A DNA stretch of 64,000 nucleotides. It comes from Macrostomum hystrix. Its lineage: Eukaryota; Animalia; Platyhelminthes. The stretch lies in the NCBI GenBank assembly GCA_950097015.1, contig CATNEN010000038.1:34782001-34846000 (forward strand), read 5' to 3'. Both the position numbers and the translations under genes were made by a program. Shown piece after piece: positions 1-13,811 of the stretch; position 1 is the first letter of the stretch, and the number at the start of each line of letters is the position of its first letter. The notes under the pieces are model-generated. The model ran no database searches. It was given only the letters and a program-made list of their open reading frames with translations, and had not been told where the DNA came from.

Positions 1-3000
1 CTTGCAGAAGATGATATTACAGAGATATCCAAATCTCATATTATAGAGATTGCAGTGTCACTGTTTCAAACTTCTATTTAAATTTATGACAACAAAAAAC
101 TCATGCGTTCATTGTTTTAAAACGATTTTTGCTTTATTTTGTTCCCATTTATTAGAATAATTTTCAACTTCTCGAACTTGAATTCCCTCTGAAATCAATT
201 CCAACTTTACAAAATAACAAAATTATAACAAAAGTGACAACCAACGAACTGTCACCTTAAAGTCCGCTATAGCAAGAGTGACACCCCAAGAACTGTCACC
301 TCAAAGTCCACCATCGCAAGAGTGACACCCCACAAATAGAGTGAACTATTCTAGGGCGTGTTCATTGCGATCGGATTCACATAGAACTTTTGTCTTCTGA
401 CAACAGGAAGCCGTTTTTTGTTTAGAATAAAAGTGCTAAGTGTACTACTCGTAAGTAAGTATGAATATGCGATAATCTGATAAAAAATAATCGAGTAATC
501 GAGTATTTATAGACTAAACTCTTAAAACACAGTCAAGTGAATGCTACACTCTATTCAATGATGGCCATGGTCTGATAGTTTTAGCGATAAATGCCACAGA
601 AGTTTCCGTCTTGGAAAGCAGATTATAGCTAGGCCCTCGAGCCACTTAAACGCAAAACGTAAGACATAAATGGCCTAGCAATGAGGCCACTTCTAAGAAA
701 AATTCTAAAGAAGAAAGGACTCAAAAACAGGAGAAAGAAAAACGACAGTTTGGCCGTGGCTGCTTTTTGTGACATAGCCTATATGCACACCCTCAGATGA
801 CTGTACGTGAACACCACCAGATTAATGTACAGACACTCAGATTATGACGAAGTTTCGGTCCCAATGTATAGGCGTAGCGGTTCGGTCTATTTGAATAGCA
901 GTAAGGTAAATTATTATTCGGCAGTAAATTGGGTCTTCAAATAACGAGATCGCTTAACGGTGAATGCTGGCTATATGACTTAGAGATATGTTAGATGAAT
1001 CAAGATTCACTTGAAAGCAGTTACGGCTACAGTTGAAATTAGCCACACTTAAATAATAGGCAGCACTCAGTCGTAGAACCAGAACCAGGCACGGGGGAAG
1101 ATCTTCCCGGAAAGGCCTAATTAGAACATTTGAATACGACTTTCATTATATTTCATTATAAAACAAATTCATTATAAATATTCATGTAAAACCAAAGAAA
1201 TATCTCTAACAATTATATCTAACGAAAATAATGTACATAATTCTAACTAGCATATTAAAATTACATTAAATTAGAGAGACAACGTCACAAGATGACTGTA
1301 CACTCGTTAGCTGGCTCAGAAGCACTGTGTAACGCTTGATTTAGTGGCTGGCAGCTACACGCCGATGGTGATGCCCAGTCCGCCGCCAACAAAAGACTAT
1401 TCTCTTGTCTATAGGGGAAATCTCGATCAGACTCCTCCCTTGTCTATTGGAAAAATCGAATATCCTCTCTCTTGTCTATATATAGGGGAAATCTCAGACT
1501 CTTCTGTATATTCGGGCAATCCAAAACTCTCGCATGTCTATGTTAGTTATAAAAAACTTTCAGTTTTAACATCCAACAGAAAGTTTAAATCCTTTCTAAG
1601 TTAGTTACATGAATTAATTTAGCTATATTTTTAGATATACTATTTTCGAGGACATGTTTTTAGAGACGCATTGAATAATAACTTTATATATAAATGATAA
1701 CGCAGCTATTCGCTTTAAATCATATTTATGATGCTGAGCAATCTAACTAGTTGTTTCATTTTACTTTTTCGTCTTCCCTGAAAATTCCAGATAATCGCAG
1801 TTCGTAATATCGGTAAAAGTGATTGTGCACTTTTGTCTGTCTGTACCTTATTTGTAGGACAGAAGTAATGCATATTTCAATGCCATATTATACTATACTA
1901 TCACAGGGGCTATACCAGGAGCAAGCTAGAAGGACTTACTCTTACGTAGTATAAAATATAGCTGATTATACAGAACAAAAAACAAAAGTATCGATTCCAT
2001 TTTTAATTGACTTGTTTACGGCTTTCAAAACTTTAACAAAGTTTAATTTTTTACATTGAATTTACTGTATTTTGAGCACTAAATTTGCAACAATTGTTTA
2101 TTGTGTAAAACTTTCCAGATCTAAGTAATAGTGTTGTGCATCACTACTAAAGCACTTAAATTTTTAAACATGTAACAAAAATGCCAGGATTCTAGAAAAT
2201 TCCATTTTATGCAGCTACTTCATGCAGTTTTCAAAGTAAAATCGACGTATTTGGAAAGACCCACTCCGTCCTTTAAATGATGCGATAATGAAAAATAATC
2301 CTTTGGCTAACCCAATGTGCACTAATGGCTTTATATAGACCAAAAATATTGTACCTTGTCATTATTTTTTAGGGACTCCGGGTCCATGCTCAAGCTTTAA
2401 GGACTGGTAATAGCTCAATAGTTACCAAATCAACAAAAAATATTTGTGTGTCATTAAATATATGATGGCTTGTGGGCTTAATGTTTTCATCTTTTTGTCT
2501 GCTGCCTTCTTGTCTGCTAGACTGCTATTAACTTGTCTTTAAAATAAACTTTAGTACAAACTTGTCTGCCATAAGGGGCCTATAAGGACAATTAAAACAA
2601 GTTGTCTGCTACTACTTCTATTTCTATTCTATTGTCACAAAATAATAGTTCGTATTGATTGTTTAAATATTACATGCCAAGGAAGCTTGCAGTCTCACAT
2701 CCATTGAACCAAATGTTATGTGCAAATTATGTTTGTACAGTTGAACTCTCTAGCTAACTCACCTTTCTTATTTATGATTTAGTAAGTAGTCTCTCTCTTG
2801 TACATGACATGCACTGGAATAATGGGGGTTAAGCAAGGTGCTTAATTTATTCCTATTTTAAGTTGGCCAACTTGTCTGCTCATAAATTTCATTTGCCTAC
2901 ACGTAAGTCAACTTGTATGTTTGGAGACAAAATGGTAGCATAGTAATATACCAAAACTTGGGGGTTAGGGTTATAGCCCCTGAGTTATACTCATAATCTT

Positions 3001-4974
3001 CCTTATTGGCACCTTCTCACAGTGCCCTATTGTTGCAATGGCTGTGGCTGTGTGACATTGCATTGGTTTTAGCACTACCTGCTCAAAAGCTGATCTTCCA
3101 CTGTTGTAATATAAATTTATTAATTAGAACTATGGCTGAAGGCTTGCCTTTTTTAAAGATATACAATAATAAGTAGGCCTACAGATAACAGAGCAGATAA
3201 TATGATATTGAGATATATAGGTACTTTAATTGTTGAGCACCCTATCATGTTGCTGTGGAGTGCTTTGTAAAGAATATATATATATATATAATTAAATTTT
3301 TATTTCTTGGTTTAGGCTAATTCTATAAACTCTAAAAAATTTACTTTGGCTTCTTACAATTTAGCTATTTTATAGCTAGGTAGGTTCAATTCTTCTGCTA
3401 TTTATTTATATTTTATGGATTATTTTCTATATATTTTCTTTTTTCAATTTTACAGTTGCTATTCAATGTGAGACAGCCTATTATTGGTTACAGTATTAGC
3501 CTTGGACTCAACTTGAAATATAGGCATTTTTTTCTTTCTTTCCAAACTTTGATGGCATTGTAGCTATTCACACAATAGTAAACAGGTAAAAAAATATACA
3601 CTCCACAATGGTTTTTTAGTATAAAAGTATAAAAAAAATTATTTTTTTTAAATCAAAGCTTTTGGCTTCATTGATCAAAGGTCAACACAAGTTACTGAAC
3701 TTAACAATAGACATGTTTTGAGTTTTTTAATGACAATTCACAAAATTTGGTTTGGTTATTATTGCTAATAGTACATTTTGTCTTTGTGATAAAGTAGTTT
3801 TATTTTTAGATTTGTCCTAGTGCTTCTCTCTTTAATTATCACTTTAAGGATATGATGTCACTAAAGACCTAGAGTTAATTACTATTCTAACTTTATTTTC
3901 ACAATGCCACCAAAGTTGTGGTAGGTGTGTTTTGTTATTAGTCACTTTATCAATATAATATTGGATTATGTATGACTTTTTATGTTTAAATCTCACTGAT
4001 GCCTCCAAAGTTGTTGTAGTTCCCATTTTTAATATCCTACTTCTAACACTAAAGTTGTTATAGAGGTATTTTAATATAATGTCTAAGTTGAGTCCAATTG
4101 AGTCTGAATATGTGAAAGACTGGTTGGTGTCTCTATTTATGCTTATTTTGTAATAGAAATGGCAGACACATTTAAACAAAGTTTTATAAAGTATAACAAA
4201 TATTCATTCATTTAAACAATTCACAATTTATAACAAAATGTCTATTTGCTTTCTAGGAAATGCAATATTTAGAAATGATCTAATACAGATTGAATAAGTG
4301 ATGCATAGCTCACTTTCTGCACCACTTGGGTCTAAAAGGATTTAGAAAATGCTGTGGACCTTAATTGGTTCATATTTTGAACACCCAATGCAGCCTTCAG
4401 ATGTTCCAAGCAATAGATGCAACTGTTTTATTGGCTGCATTGACACAATTTTGATATGTACATTTAATTATTGTTATTACAATGTAAATAAACTATAAAA
4501 AGGCATGGAAATCAAAGTGTGTATAAATACAATCAAAAAGCAAAAATAGTTCCAATTGTTAAAAAGTTTATGCTAATGACAATTAATTTAGATTTGTTTA
4601 TCTTTAATACCATAGTGTATATGTAGAAAAATAATAGTTTAAATCAAAATTACCTAAATTATAGCAAAAACAAATAATGTTTATACTTACTCATTTCTTT
4701 TATTCTTTTATCTCAGTTTTTTGCTTTGTACAAGTCTATTAACTATATTGAGGCATATCAATTTATATATATATATATAATATACCATTTATATATATTT
4801 TTCTATTTAAAGAATCCCTTTTATTTGAATTGTTACATGTAACTATAGCATATTTGATAGCATGTATGCTATAAAACTCTAACCTTGTGCTGTTTTTTAT
4901 ATTCTAAGAAATAAAAATAACCTCTTAAAGTAAAAAATATGACTACAAACTTGAACTAAACTATACTCTTACAG

Positions 4975-6178
4975 GCTCCTGGCAAGCACCAGCAGCAGCA
5001 GCAGCAGCAGGGAACCGCAAAGCAGCCAGTTGCTGCCGATGCTAACGGCAATGATGACAGCTCTGGACCAGCTGCTAATGGTCCAATGGAACTGCAGCCA
5101 TCATCTACTTTGATGGAGCAACCCGGCTATTCTGGTAATGACAATGGCGCCGCCAATGAGAATGCAGATTCCGCTAGCGGAGGCATTCACCCGTCGCAGT
5201 GCCCTCCACCGCCTGGAATGCTACCGCCGATGCAGTCTCACGACCAGATGGCTGCCATGCTTGCTAATTGCAACGGCTGCCCGCCTCCGCTGCCAATTTG
5301 GTGCAGCCCAGGGATGGCCGGCGTGCCACCAATCATTGGCAGCACGCTTGAGCACATTGTCAGGCAGCTGGACATACTCACTCAGGTCTGGCTGATCTTA
5401 CATCTTAGTGATTCTAATATCAGTAAAAATTGTTTAATAGCAAATGGCACATTCTAGTGAGAGTTTCTGGCTAGCAAAATGGCACATTCCAATGAGAGTT
5501 TCTGGCTAGCAAAATGGCATATTCTAGTGAGAGTTTATGGGTAGCAAAGTGGCACATTCTGGTGAGGGTCTCTGGTTAGCAAAATGGCACATTCTAGTGA
5601 GAGTTTCTGGCTAGCAAAGTGGCATATTCTAGTGAGAGTTTATGGGTAGCAAAGTGGCACATTCTGGTGAGAGTCTCTGGTTAGCAAAATGGCACATTCT
5701 AGTGAGAGTCTCTGGCTAGCAAAGTGGCACATTCTAGTGAGAGTCTCTGGTTAGCAAAATATCACATTCTAGTGAGAGTCTCTGGCTAGCAAAGTGGCAC
5801 ATTCTAGTGAGAGTTTATGGGTAGCAAAGTGGCACATTCTGGTGAGAGTCTCTGGCTAGCAAAGTGGCACATTCTAGTGAGAGTCTCTGGCTAGCAAAGT
5901 GGCACATTCTAGTGAGAGTCTCTGGCTAGCAAAGTGGCACATTCTAGTGAGAGTCTCTGGCTAGCAAAATCGCATATTTTAGTGACAAGCAAATTGTTTG
6001 TGTACATGTACTATATTGTTGTATTTATAGCAACAGTTCTTCAACTTTGTTTTCGCAGACCGTTGCAATTCTTGAGAAGCGTCTAACTATAACGGAGAGC
6101 AACCTGCGTTTGCTGCTGATCAAGCAGCAGCAGCAGCAGCCGCCGCCGCAGGGAGATCATTATAGCGACGAAAACTGA
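4975..6178 (+). CDS. POC1: POC1 centriolar protein, last two coding exons (4975-5385, 6059-6178); WD40 exons lie upstream of the window
   Basis: Acceptor ttacag|GCT at 4975, donor CAG|gtctgg at 5385, acceptor tcgcag|ACC at 6059, all phase 0. The joined peptide TLEHIVRQLDILTQ/TVAILEKRLTITESNL matches the C-terminal Poc1 coiled-coil motif. TGA ends at 6178. Confidence 0.88.
5438..5992. repeat. 35-bp minisatellite, ~15 copies, in the last POC1 intron
   Basis: Unit GGCACATTCTAGTGAGAGT(T/C)TCTGGCTAGCAAA(A/G)T; starts at 5446, 5481, and so on. Confidence 0.95.
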
Positions 6179-6532
6179 CCGTGCCACTGGCGTCCTTGTT
6201 TTGGGGCCCACAGAGATTTTATAATTATTATTTAAAATACTTTTTTCAATAGACTAAAAAGTGACATTAGGCATCGCATTCAATCTAATCTGGCTTGTTT
6301 AAAATTAGCTAAATATATATTAAACACGTTCAATCGCGTGACTTATTTTCTATCTATTTTCTGCTCCACTCTAAGCCATAGAGTTAGCCTGCTTCCTTGT
6401 TTGTGTGTGTGTGTCTTTGTGTCACGTTTTCTTGGATCGCTTTTTGTGATTTTTCCATTCGAGTCTTTGTTCCTTGTAGAACTGTCTCTATGAAGGAACT
6501 CTTGATCTCTAAGAATGTAGGAAAACTATAAT

Positions 6533-6820
6533 TAATAATAATAGTTGTTTGTTACTTCTGCCCCTGTGAAGCCAGCTGGGCTGCCACAGCTGTTGCGTGG
6601 CGGATCTGAAGGCTGCGTACCGCTGTTCAGTCCATGGACTGGGTGACGCCACACCCTCAATAACCCCTGCTAATGCTGTGGCCCCAATTACAGCTGGGTG
6701 AAATAAATCAATGCAGAGTTAATTGCCTTGCTAAAGAACACAATTTTTTATAGTGGAGTCGGGAATCGAACCCCCGACATCCATGTCGTGAATCAAAAGC
6801 TCTAACCTCCAGATATCAGC
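6533..6820 (-). mobile_element. tRNA-derived SINE family B (CORE-like), diverged copy
   Basis: Alignable by eye to copies at 14853-15169 and 44263-44567; B box (rc GGTTCGATTCC) near 6762-6772; (AAT)n tail at the left end. Confidence 0.8.
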
Positions 6821-8415
6821 TGGGGGGGTAGAAATTTGAGTAGGTGTAATAACGGCCTCACTTGGACTGAACATTTTTACCACTCGTTCGGGTGTCATTT
6901 CAAATCCAATTATGTTCTCTATAGTAATAGTATTGGCAGGTGGGCTGTTGGCACTTTGGTATCGATGTCTAAAACAATAAATTATGCCTTTAACACAATG
7001 GTACTAATGGTACTACTCGGCAAACAAGTAGTAAACGTTAGTAGTTTTTTAAGTAAAATTTTCAGAATCGACAAAAAATAGCGGAAAAACCAATCGTGTC
7101 TTCTATTCTTTTGTTGTCCCATTGTGTTACGGTCCGAGTTTTGTTTTGTGTAACAAAAAGAGTAAATTTATTGTATAAACTTACTTCCTTCCTTCATGTT
7201 TTGTGTGTTCTCATTTCAAGCCTAACAAAAATTGCTTTTTTTATTTGTATTTGCGTTGTCAAAGTTTGCTGCCGTTTTTATTGTCTATCAAAAGCATTTA
7301 ACGCGTATTTAACCATTGGCTACTGAAATTCTGCCCATTCAGCTTGCTGCTTAACATTTATTAAATGTTTTCTTAGAAACTTAGTCACTTCATTGAACTC
7401 TAAACCTGATTTTAGTATAATACTGTTTTTATTAAGGATAGTCCATTTCATCCCAACTTCTTCGAGCACAATAGGCAAGCTAGTTGATGATTAAAAAGTC
7501 ACATTGCAAAACAAGCCAGTACCCTATATTTTGTTGTTTTATCCTATGCTTTTTTGTTTGAAAACCATTGATTTTATTCAATTGTTATGTGAGAACATTG
7601 TTTTTCCTGAAGCAAAAAGCTGAAAGAATCTAATTAGTTTTTTGAGTTCATTGAATTCATTCACCAGATCGTCAACTTCTCTATGTGTGTCTGTTTATAA
7701 CCTTCATTTAACTTTTTAACTTGGCCTTCATTGTGTCTGTGTGTGTACATACATATTTTTCTATGACCTTCGACTAACGGTTTTTAGTATGGTATAAATG
7801 TACAAGAACCATGATATAAGGGTAATTTAGTATACTACTAACTGTACTTACAGTAGACACTATGTCTTTTTAATTTAATCCTTGCTTGACCGGTCTTTAG
7901 CCCCTTCTCACTCTTCACTCCTTCTAGTGTCCCTAGAGAGTAATTACTTTGAAAGCTAAATACACGCGCACACTTCTAGTAGTACTACACATGCGTTGAG
8001 CTCATGTGTGAATTTTTTCGGAATAATTATTTAACGAATAGTGTCCTGTTTCTGTCCATTATTTAATTTTTTCCTCTTTGAAATAAGGCTTTCTTAATAT
8101 TCGTAAAAAAGTGTGAGTTAGCATGGCAGATTATTAAGAAAAACAGTCACGGTTATTTATTTAGTGATAAAATGCAGGAAATGAAAAAAGTGTTAGTAAA
8201 GTGTTTATTTTGTTTCTCACTCTTACTTTAGTGTATATATGTATAGATGTTTATTTGTTGTTTTTTTCCCTAAAACATAACTAAACATTCTCTCCCTTGT
8301 TGCTAATGACAAAAAATCAGTGTACTGAAGCCTTGGTGGAATTCTTCTGCATCGTATGACAATTAATTAGCTAGTTATTAATACATAGACTATTGAGTCA
8401 TTTGGAGTTGTGTGC

Positions 8416-8685
8416 TCAACCGGACTTGAACAGCAGGATGGCAACCTGGCCCAGGTAGAAATAGATAAAGTGCTTGGTCTCGTGGGTCACGTAGCTGCCA
8501 AAGTTGCGGCCGACAATGCAGTGCCAGGTCGGATTGTACTTCTTGTCGAACTCCTTCTTGATGTAGGCGGCGATGTCCTTCTCGACGTTGAACTTCTCCA
8601 GGGCCTGGGTGGAGCAGTCCACGGCGTCCTGCTGCATCTCCTCGGACATGTCGGCGTTCTTGACGACGGCCTTGCGCTCAGACAT
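8416..8685 (-). CDS. DYNLL: Dynein light chain LC8 (89 aa, intronless CDS)
   Basis: [24 protein letters not shown]...[47 protein letters not shown] is the canonical LC8 sequence. Confidence 0.98.
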   Translation of the reverse strand: MSERKAVVKNADMSEEMQQDAVDCSTQALEKFNVEKDIAAYIKKEFDKKYNPTWHCIVGRNFGSYVTHETKHFIYFYLGQVAILLFKSG

Positions 8686-9090
8686 GCTTTGGCTTGGCTT
8701 CGACTTTTTCGAATTTAGTCACAGAAAGTGTTTAGTCAGCTTGTTCTCCTTGGCTGGGTGGTGCGTTCCATTGACAGGGCGTTGTCATTTTATGCCCGCC
8801 TGCTTGGTGGATTTGCCTGCGCAGCTGACGCGCATCGGCCAGCTTTCATTGGCTAGCCAGGCAGGCTTGGAGCCGGGTGCTGTCTGCCGATGGTCGGTAG
8901 TTTAGCTTCATCTGGCGTCTCTTACCCTGCTCCGGTTGGCTTGCTGTCAGCCTGGCCCGGTCAAATTAGCTGCTGGTCGTGGCTTCGGCTGCGCTTGGCT
9001 TCTTTACTCAAGGGGTCAGCCATTCTTTTGTAGTCCTGACCGCCTACCCACCGAACTCACCCGTAACTAAAGAGGCCACGCGCTGCTGCT

Positions 9091-12000
9091 ATGCGAGTGA
9101 GTTTGCTCACCCCGTTTTGTTTCACGTCCAAGCATAGATTGAGTGTAACTGGGCCTTTCATTCTTTTAGTATTCTTTCTCTTTTTTCGTTTAATCATTCT
9201 TGCTGTTCTGGCCTTTCATTCATCTTTCGGCGTCTTCATTGCGGTCATTTAAATAGTTCCGACGCCCACCCACACCCAGATATTTGGTTGTGGGGACCGT
9301 TTAGAAACCATATGTCTGTAAAGCTTTATGGCCAATCCTTATTTTTATTTCCGGATACTTTTTAAAAGGCATATTTTTAATGCATGTAACTGCCATCTCA
9401 CCCTTACATAACTCTCCATCTCACCCTGACATAACTCTCCATCTCACCCTGACATAACTCTCCATCCCACACTGACATAACTCTCCATCCCACCCTGACA
9501 TAACTCTCCATCTCACTTTGACATAACTCTCCATCTCACCCTGACATAACTCTCCATCCCACCCTGACATAACTCTCCATCTCACCCTGACATAACTCTC
9601 CATCTCACCTTAACATAACTCTCCATCCCACACTGACATAACTCTCCATCTCACCCTGACATAACTCTCCATCTCACCCTGACAACTCTCCATCTCACCT
9701 TAACATAACTCTCCATCCCACACTGACATAACTCTCCATCTCACCCTGACATAACTCTCCATCTCACCCTGACATAACTCTCCATCTCACCCTGACATAA
9801 CTCTCCATCCCACACTGACATAACTCTCCATCTCACTTTGACATTGCTCTGCATCTCAGCTTGGATTTTAGTCGAGCCCAGTTTAGTTTGGTTTATAGTG
9901 TTAATTTAACGAAGAATTTCTTAGAAACATAATATTTACCATCTACTCGAATTGGCAAATGTGAAAGAAATTTTCACCCGGTCAAATTTCTTCAGGACGA
10001 AGACGCTTTTGATTGGTCGGATGCGGACACCAGCTCCAATTGGCAGGCCGGTGACGCCATTCACACATTGATATTCTTCACAGTCGCGCTCTGCTTAGTG
10101 GTGCCACCAACCGAAGTTATCAGCGCCGGCCTGACGGTGCAGAATCTGTTTCGTCGCTTACTGCCTAGCGAACAGTTGCAGTTCATAAGTCACCATCTGC
10201 ACAGAACCGCGCTCACCGCACTCCTACACTCTATGCTGCCCACTATGTACTATGTGTACATGGCTGTGACCTGCCCGAATCTGGGCCTGTTGCCTGCGCC
10301 GTGGAGACGGGCTGGCATCTTCTGGCAGTGCCTAGCCTGTGTGGCTTTGGCTGCGCCTGCGATCGCTGCTGGCCTCTACTGGCAGTGGACTAGGCGAGGC
10401 TATCTGGTGAGTGTGGACAACTAGGCGTCAGTGTCCCCTTACTGTGTGTTCTAGCTTGTGGGGGTCAGTGTCCCTTTACTGTGTGTTCTAGCTTGTGGGG
10501 GTCAGTGTCCCCTTACTGTGTGTTCTAGCTTGTGGGGGTCAGTGTCCCCTTACTGTGTGTTCTAGCTTGTGGGGGTCAGTGTCCCTTTACTGTGTGTTCT
10601 AGCTTGTGGGGGTCAGTGTCCCCTTACTGTGTGTTCTCGCTTGTGGGGGTCAGTGTCCCCTTACTGTGTGTTCTAGCTTGTGGGGGTCAGTGTCCCCTTA
10701 CTGTGTGTTCTAGCTAGGGGTCAGTGTCCCCTTACTGTGTGTTCTCGCTTGTGGGGGTCAGTGTCCCCTTACTGTGTGTTCTAGCTTGTGGGGGTCAGTG
10801 TCCCCTTACTGTGTGTTCTCGCTTGTGGGGGTCAGTGTCCCCTTACTGTGTGTTCTAGCTTGGGGGGTCAATGTCCTCTCACTGTGTGTTCTAGCTTGTG
10901 GGTGTCAATGGGGTCTCATCCCCTGATTCTTATAATTTGTCTATTATGTGGCTATTTAAAAAAAGTCAGTAAACCTGTCTTTGAATATATATATATATAT
11001 ATTTTGTAGACACAATTTACTTATTAGGCGGGAAGCAAAAAACTGGGTTAAAAAATCACAGCCTAGATTAAATGTGAGGTTTACGCACCGCACCTCACTC
11101 CAGTACCACCCGATAGCAGCCAAGCTATCAAAGGCTGCGCGCAACAGAAATTGGCCAGAGGTTGCCAGCGCCATCGACGTCGAATTTAGACGCTACGACA
11201 AGTTTGTCTCCGGCCAGATGGGCCGCCAGGTGAGTTAGGGTTCTTGAAAAATTGCGGGATGACTGGCATCTAATACCTCACCGCCTCTATTGGTCTTTCC
11301 GCCCTCTGATACCTACCCTCCCCTACCTCCTCCGACCCTCCCCTACCTTCTCCGACCTTCCCCTTCGCGCCCTCTCCTACTCTTTCCACCATCTCCTACC
11401 CTTTCCACCATCTCCTACCCTTCGCGCCCTCTCCTACTCTTTCCACCATCTCCTACCCTTTCCACCATCTCCTACCCTTTGCGCCCTCTCCTACCCTTTC
11501 CGCCCTCTCCTACCCTTTCCACCATGCCCTACCCTTTCCACCATCTCCTACCCTTTGCGCCCTCTCCTACCCTTTCCGCCCTCTCCTACCCTTTCCACCA
11601 TGTCCTACCCTTTCCACCATCTCCTACCCTTCGCGCCCTCTCCTACTCTTTCCACCATCTCCTACCCTTTCCACCATCTCCTACCCTTTGCGCCCTCTCC
11701 TACCCTTTCCGCCCTCTCCTACCCTTTCCACCATGCCCTACCCTTTCCACCATCTCCTACCCTTTGCGCCCTCTCCTACCCTTTCCGCCCTCTCCTACCC
11801 TTTCCACCATGTCCTACCCTTTCCACCATCTCCTACCCTTTTCAAGTTTCCGCCCTCTTCTACCATTTCCTTTCTCTGCTACCCTTTCCACCCACTCCTA
11901 CCATTTGCCCCTCTCCTACCCTTTCTGGCCTTTTCTTCCCTTTCCGCCCTCTCCTACCCTTTCTGGCCTTTTCTTCCCTTTCCGCCCTCTCCTACCCTTT

Positions 12001-12864
12001 CTGGCCTTTTCTTCCCTTTTCGCCCTCTCCTACCCTTTCTGGCCTTTTCTTCCCTTTCCGCCCTCTCCTACCCTTTCCATTCTCTCCTACCCTTTCCGCC
12101 CTCTCCTACCCTTTCCACCCTCTCCTACACTCTCATGATCTCTTCTACCCTTTCTAATCCTCTCCTATTCTCTCCGTCATTTTATGCCTGAGCTATACAC
12201 AAAAAACACACGGCCGCCTCTCCCCCGTCATTCGGGCGCACCCAAACAGCTGATAGTGACGGACAGCTGGCTGATTCAGACCAGCGCCTACACTCTTCAA
12301 GTGGCTCCTCAGTCCAGCTTGATGCTGCGAGTTTTGTCCGCCGACGAGCACCGCGTGTCTCCAGACAGCGGCGCATTGGGCGCCCAAATTCTTCGCATCG
12401 CAGTTCTACCACTGGACGCCGATAGATTCCAAGCGTTCGAGGTTAGCGTCAATTCGGCCGTCTATTCCGATCTGCGCCAGAAATTAACGGCCCCGCTCAC
12501 AGCCGCCCAATCGGTTATGATCAGACAGTCAGTTAACGATCAGTTTGTTGAAGCGTTTAAAAATTGCGTTGAAGAGAATGGGCGTTATCGACTGGCTGCC
12601 GGGTCCCAGGAGGAGCAGCAGCAGCAGCAGTGCCTTGGCTGTTTAACTCAGCCGGCCGATTGCCGGATAGCTCCCGGCTGCGACGGCAGCGCCAACTGCG
12701 GCGGATGTCGCTGCCGGCCTATGTGGTGCCGGGCCTGCCTCGGCCGCTGGTTCGCCAGCCGCCAGGTGCAGGCGGGCCGTGAGACTGAGGCCTGGCTGTC
12801 TGGCAGCGCGCCCTGTCCAACCTGCAGGGCCCAGTTCTGCATGCTGGACGTGTTTGAGCTGTAA
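9091..12864 (+). CDS. TMEM129: E3 ubiquitin ligase TMEM129; exons 9091-9096, 9996-10406, 11104-11229, 12250-12864
   Basis: Motifs AGLTVQNL, HLHRTALTALLHSMLP, EFRRYDKF, LIVTDSWL and the atypical C-terminal RING CRCRPMWCRACLGRWFASRQ...CPTCRAQFCMLDV. All junctions are GT-AG and phase 0. The 6-nt first coding exon ATGCGA|gtgagt is inferred. Confidence 0.93.
9393..9858. repeat. 23-bp minisatellite, ~20 copies (TMEM129 intron 1)
   Basis: Unit CCATCTCACCCTGACATAACTCT. Confidence 0.95.
10427..10905. repeat. 37-bp minisatellite, ~13 copies (TMEM129 intron 2)
   Basis: Unit GTCAGTGTCCCCTTACTGTGTGTTCTAGCTTGTGGGG. Confidence 0.95.
11300..12170. repeat. Pyrimidine-rich ~18-19-bp minisatellite (TMEM129 intron 3)
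   Basis: Units CTCTCCTACCCTTTCCGCC / ATCTCCTACCCTTTCCACC; the long P/S/L/F ORFs here are repeat artefacts. Confidence 0.93.
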
Positions 12865-13446
12865 AAAAAGCTTTTTTAAGTTTAAGTTTTTTAGTTTTTA
12901 AGTTTTTTAAGTTAATTCGGTGTTTTTTCTTGTACTTCCTCTGAGCACATGCTCACTAAGGCAAGGGTCTAAATTGCACGGCAAGTCGCCAAACATTGTC
13001 CAGGAATCGAGCTCAGGTATTTCATTGCAAGATGTTAGCCCGCTGTCACTGAAAACTGTAGCTCGTTGGTTTTGGAGGTTCAAACCGAACAGCAGCTGTA
13101 CGCGTTCATCTGGCCCAAATGGTTTTTTGTGAAATTTCTTTTTAATCATATGACACTGTATAATAAAATTTTATTGTTCTCCTTAGTGAACAAATTTGTT
13201 TATTATACTACCATAACAAACTAACACTAAATAATTGCCATCGACCAATTTATCGAGAATAAGGGTATGGTTACCTTTTTGCCGGTAATTTTGTACTTTT
13301 GCAGTGGTTTAATTCATCAAGATTTTGCTTCAAATAAAAAAGAAATTTTTTTAATCGGCTAACCTTGACAACCAAATCTGCAAGCAGAGGCCTAGAATTG
13401 TTCTTCTTTTTTGACTACTGTTGTAGGCTTATGATTGTACTTATGT

Positions 13447-13811
13447 GGTGGGGTCGGTGGCAGAGCGGTTAACGCGTTTGCCTCTCGCACCAAGGTCCCT
13501 AAGCTCGATTCCACGGCGAGGCCACATTCATTTGGGGCGCAGCCGCGGAGAGAAGGCTTGGGGGCTTGTCGTGCATTTACGCCCTTAAGGGCCAACCTCC
13601 AAGCACAGTGAGAGTGTACACTGCTTGACGATGAGAAAGTCAGGACAAATGTACACTCGTGTGTGAGCGTGTGCCTGCGTACAGTAACTGTGCGTGTGTG
13701 CTCAGGAGTCAGCGAAATGGGCAGAACTGCCTCCTCGCTGATTGTGGGTCTAGTGTCACCAAATGATGTGCCATTGGCCGCAGCCCTCCTGCAACTATTA
13801 TTATTATTATT
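13447..13811 (+). mobile_element. tRNA-derived SINE family A, full length, 13-bp TSD
   Basis: A box TGGCAGAGCGG, B-box-like GCTCGATTCC, (TTA)n tail; TSD ATTGTACTTATGT at 13434-13446 and 13812-13824; homologous copies at 23550-23872 and 45117-45456. Confidence 0.9.

Noticed and set aside
1-4974. Short ORFs (1344-1604, 3844-4179), degenerate ~46-bp repeats at 230-335 and GGGTTAGGGTTA near 2962
   Set aside because: AT-rich sequence, probably a long POC1 intron; no domain signal, and the telomere-like motif is only two units.
8410-8905. Plus-strand ORFs overlapping LC8
   Set aside because: Antisense shadows of a GC3-rich conserved gene.
11252-12191. Pro/Ser-rich extensin-like ORFs
   Set aside because: CT minisatellite inside TMEM129 intron 3.
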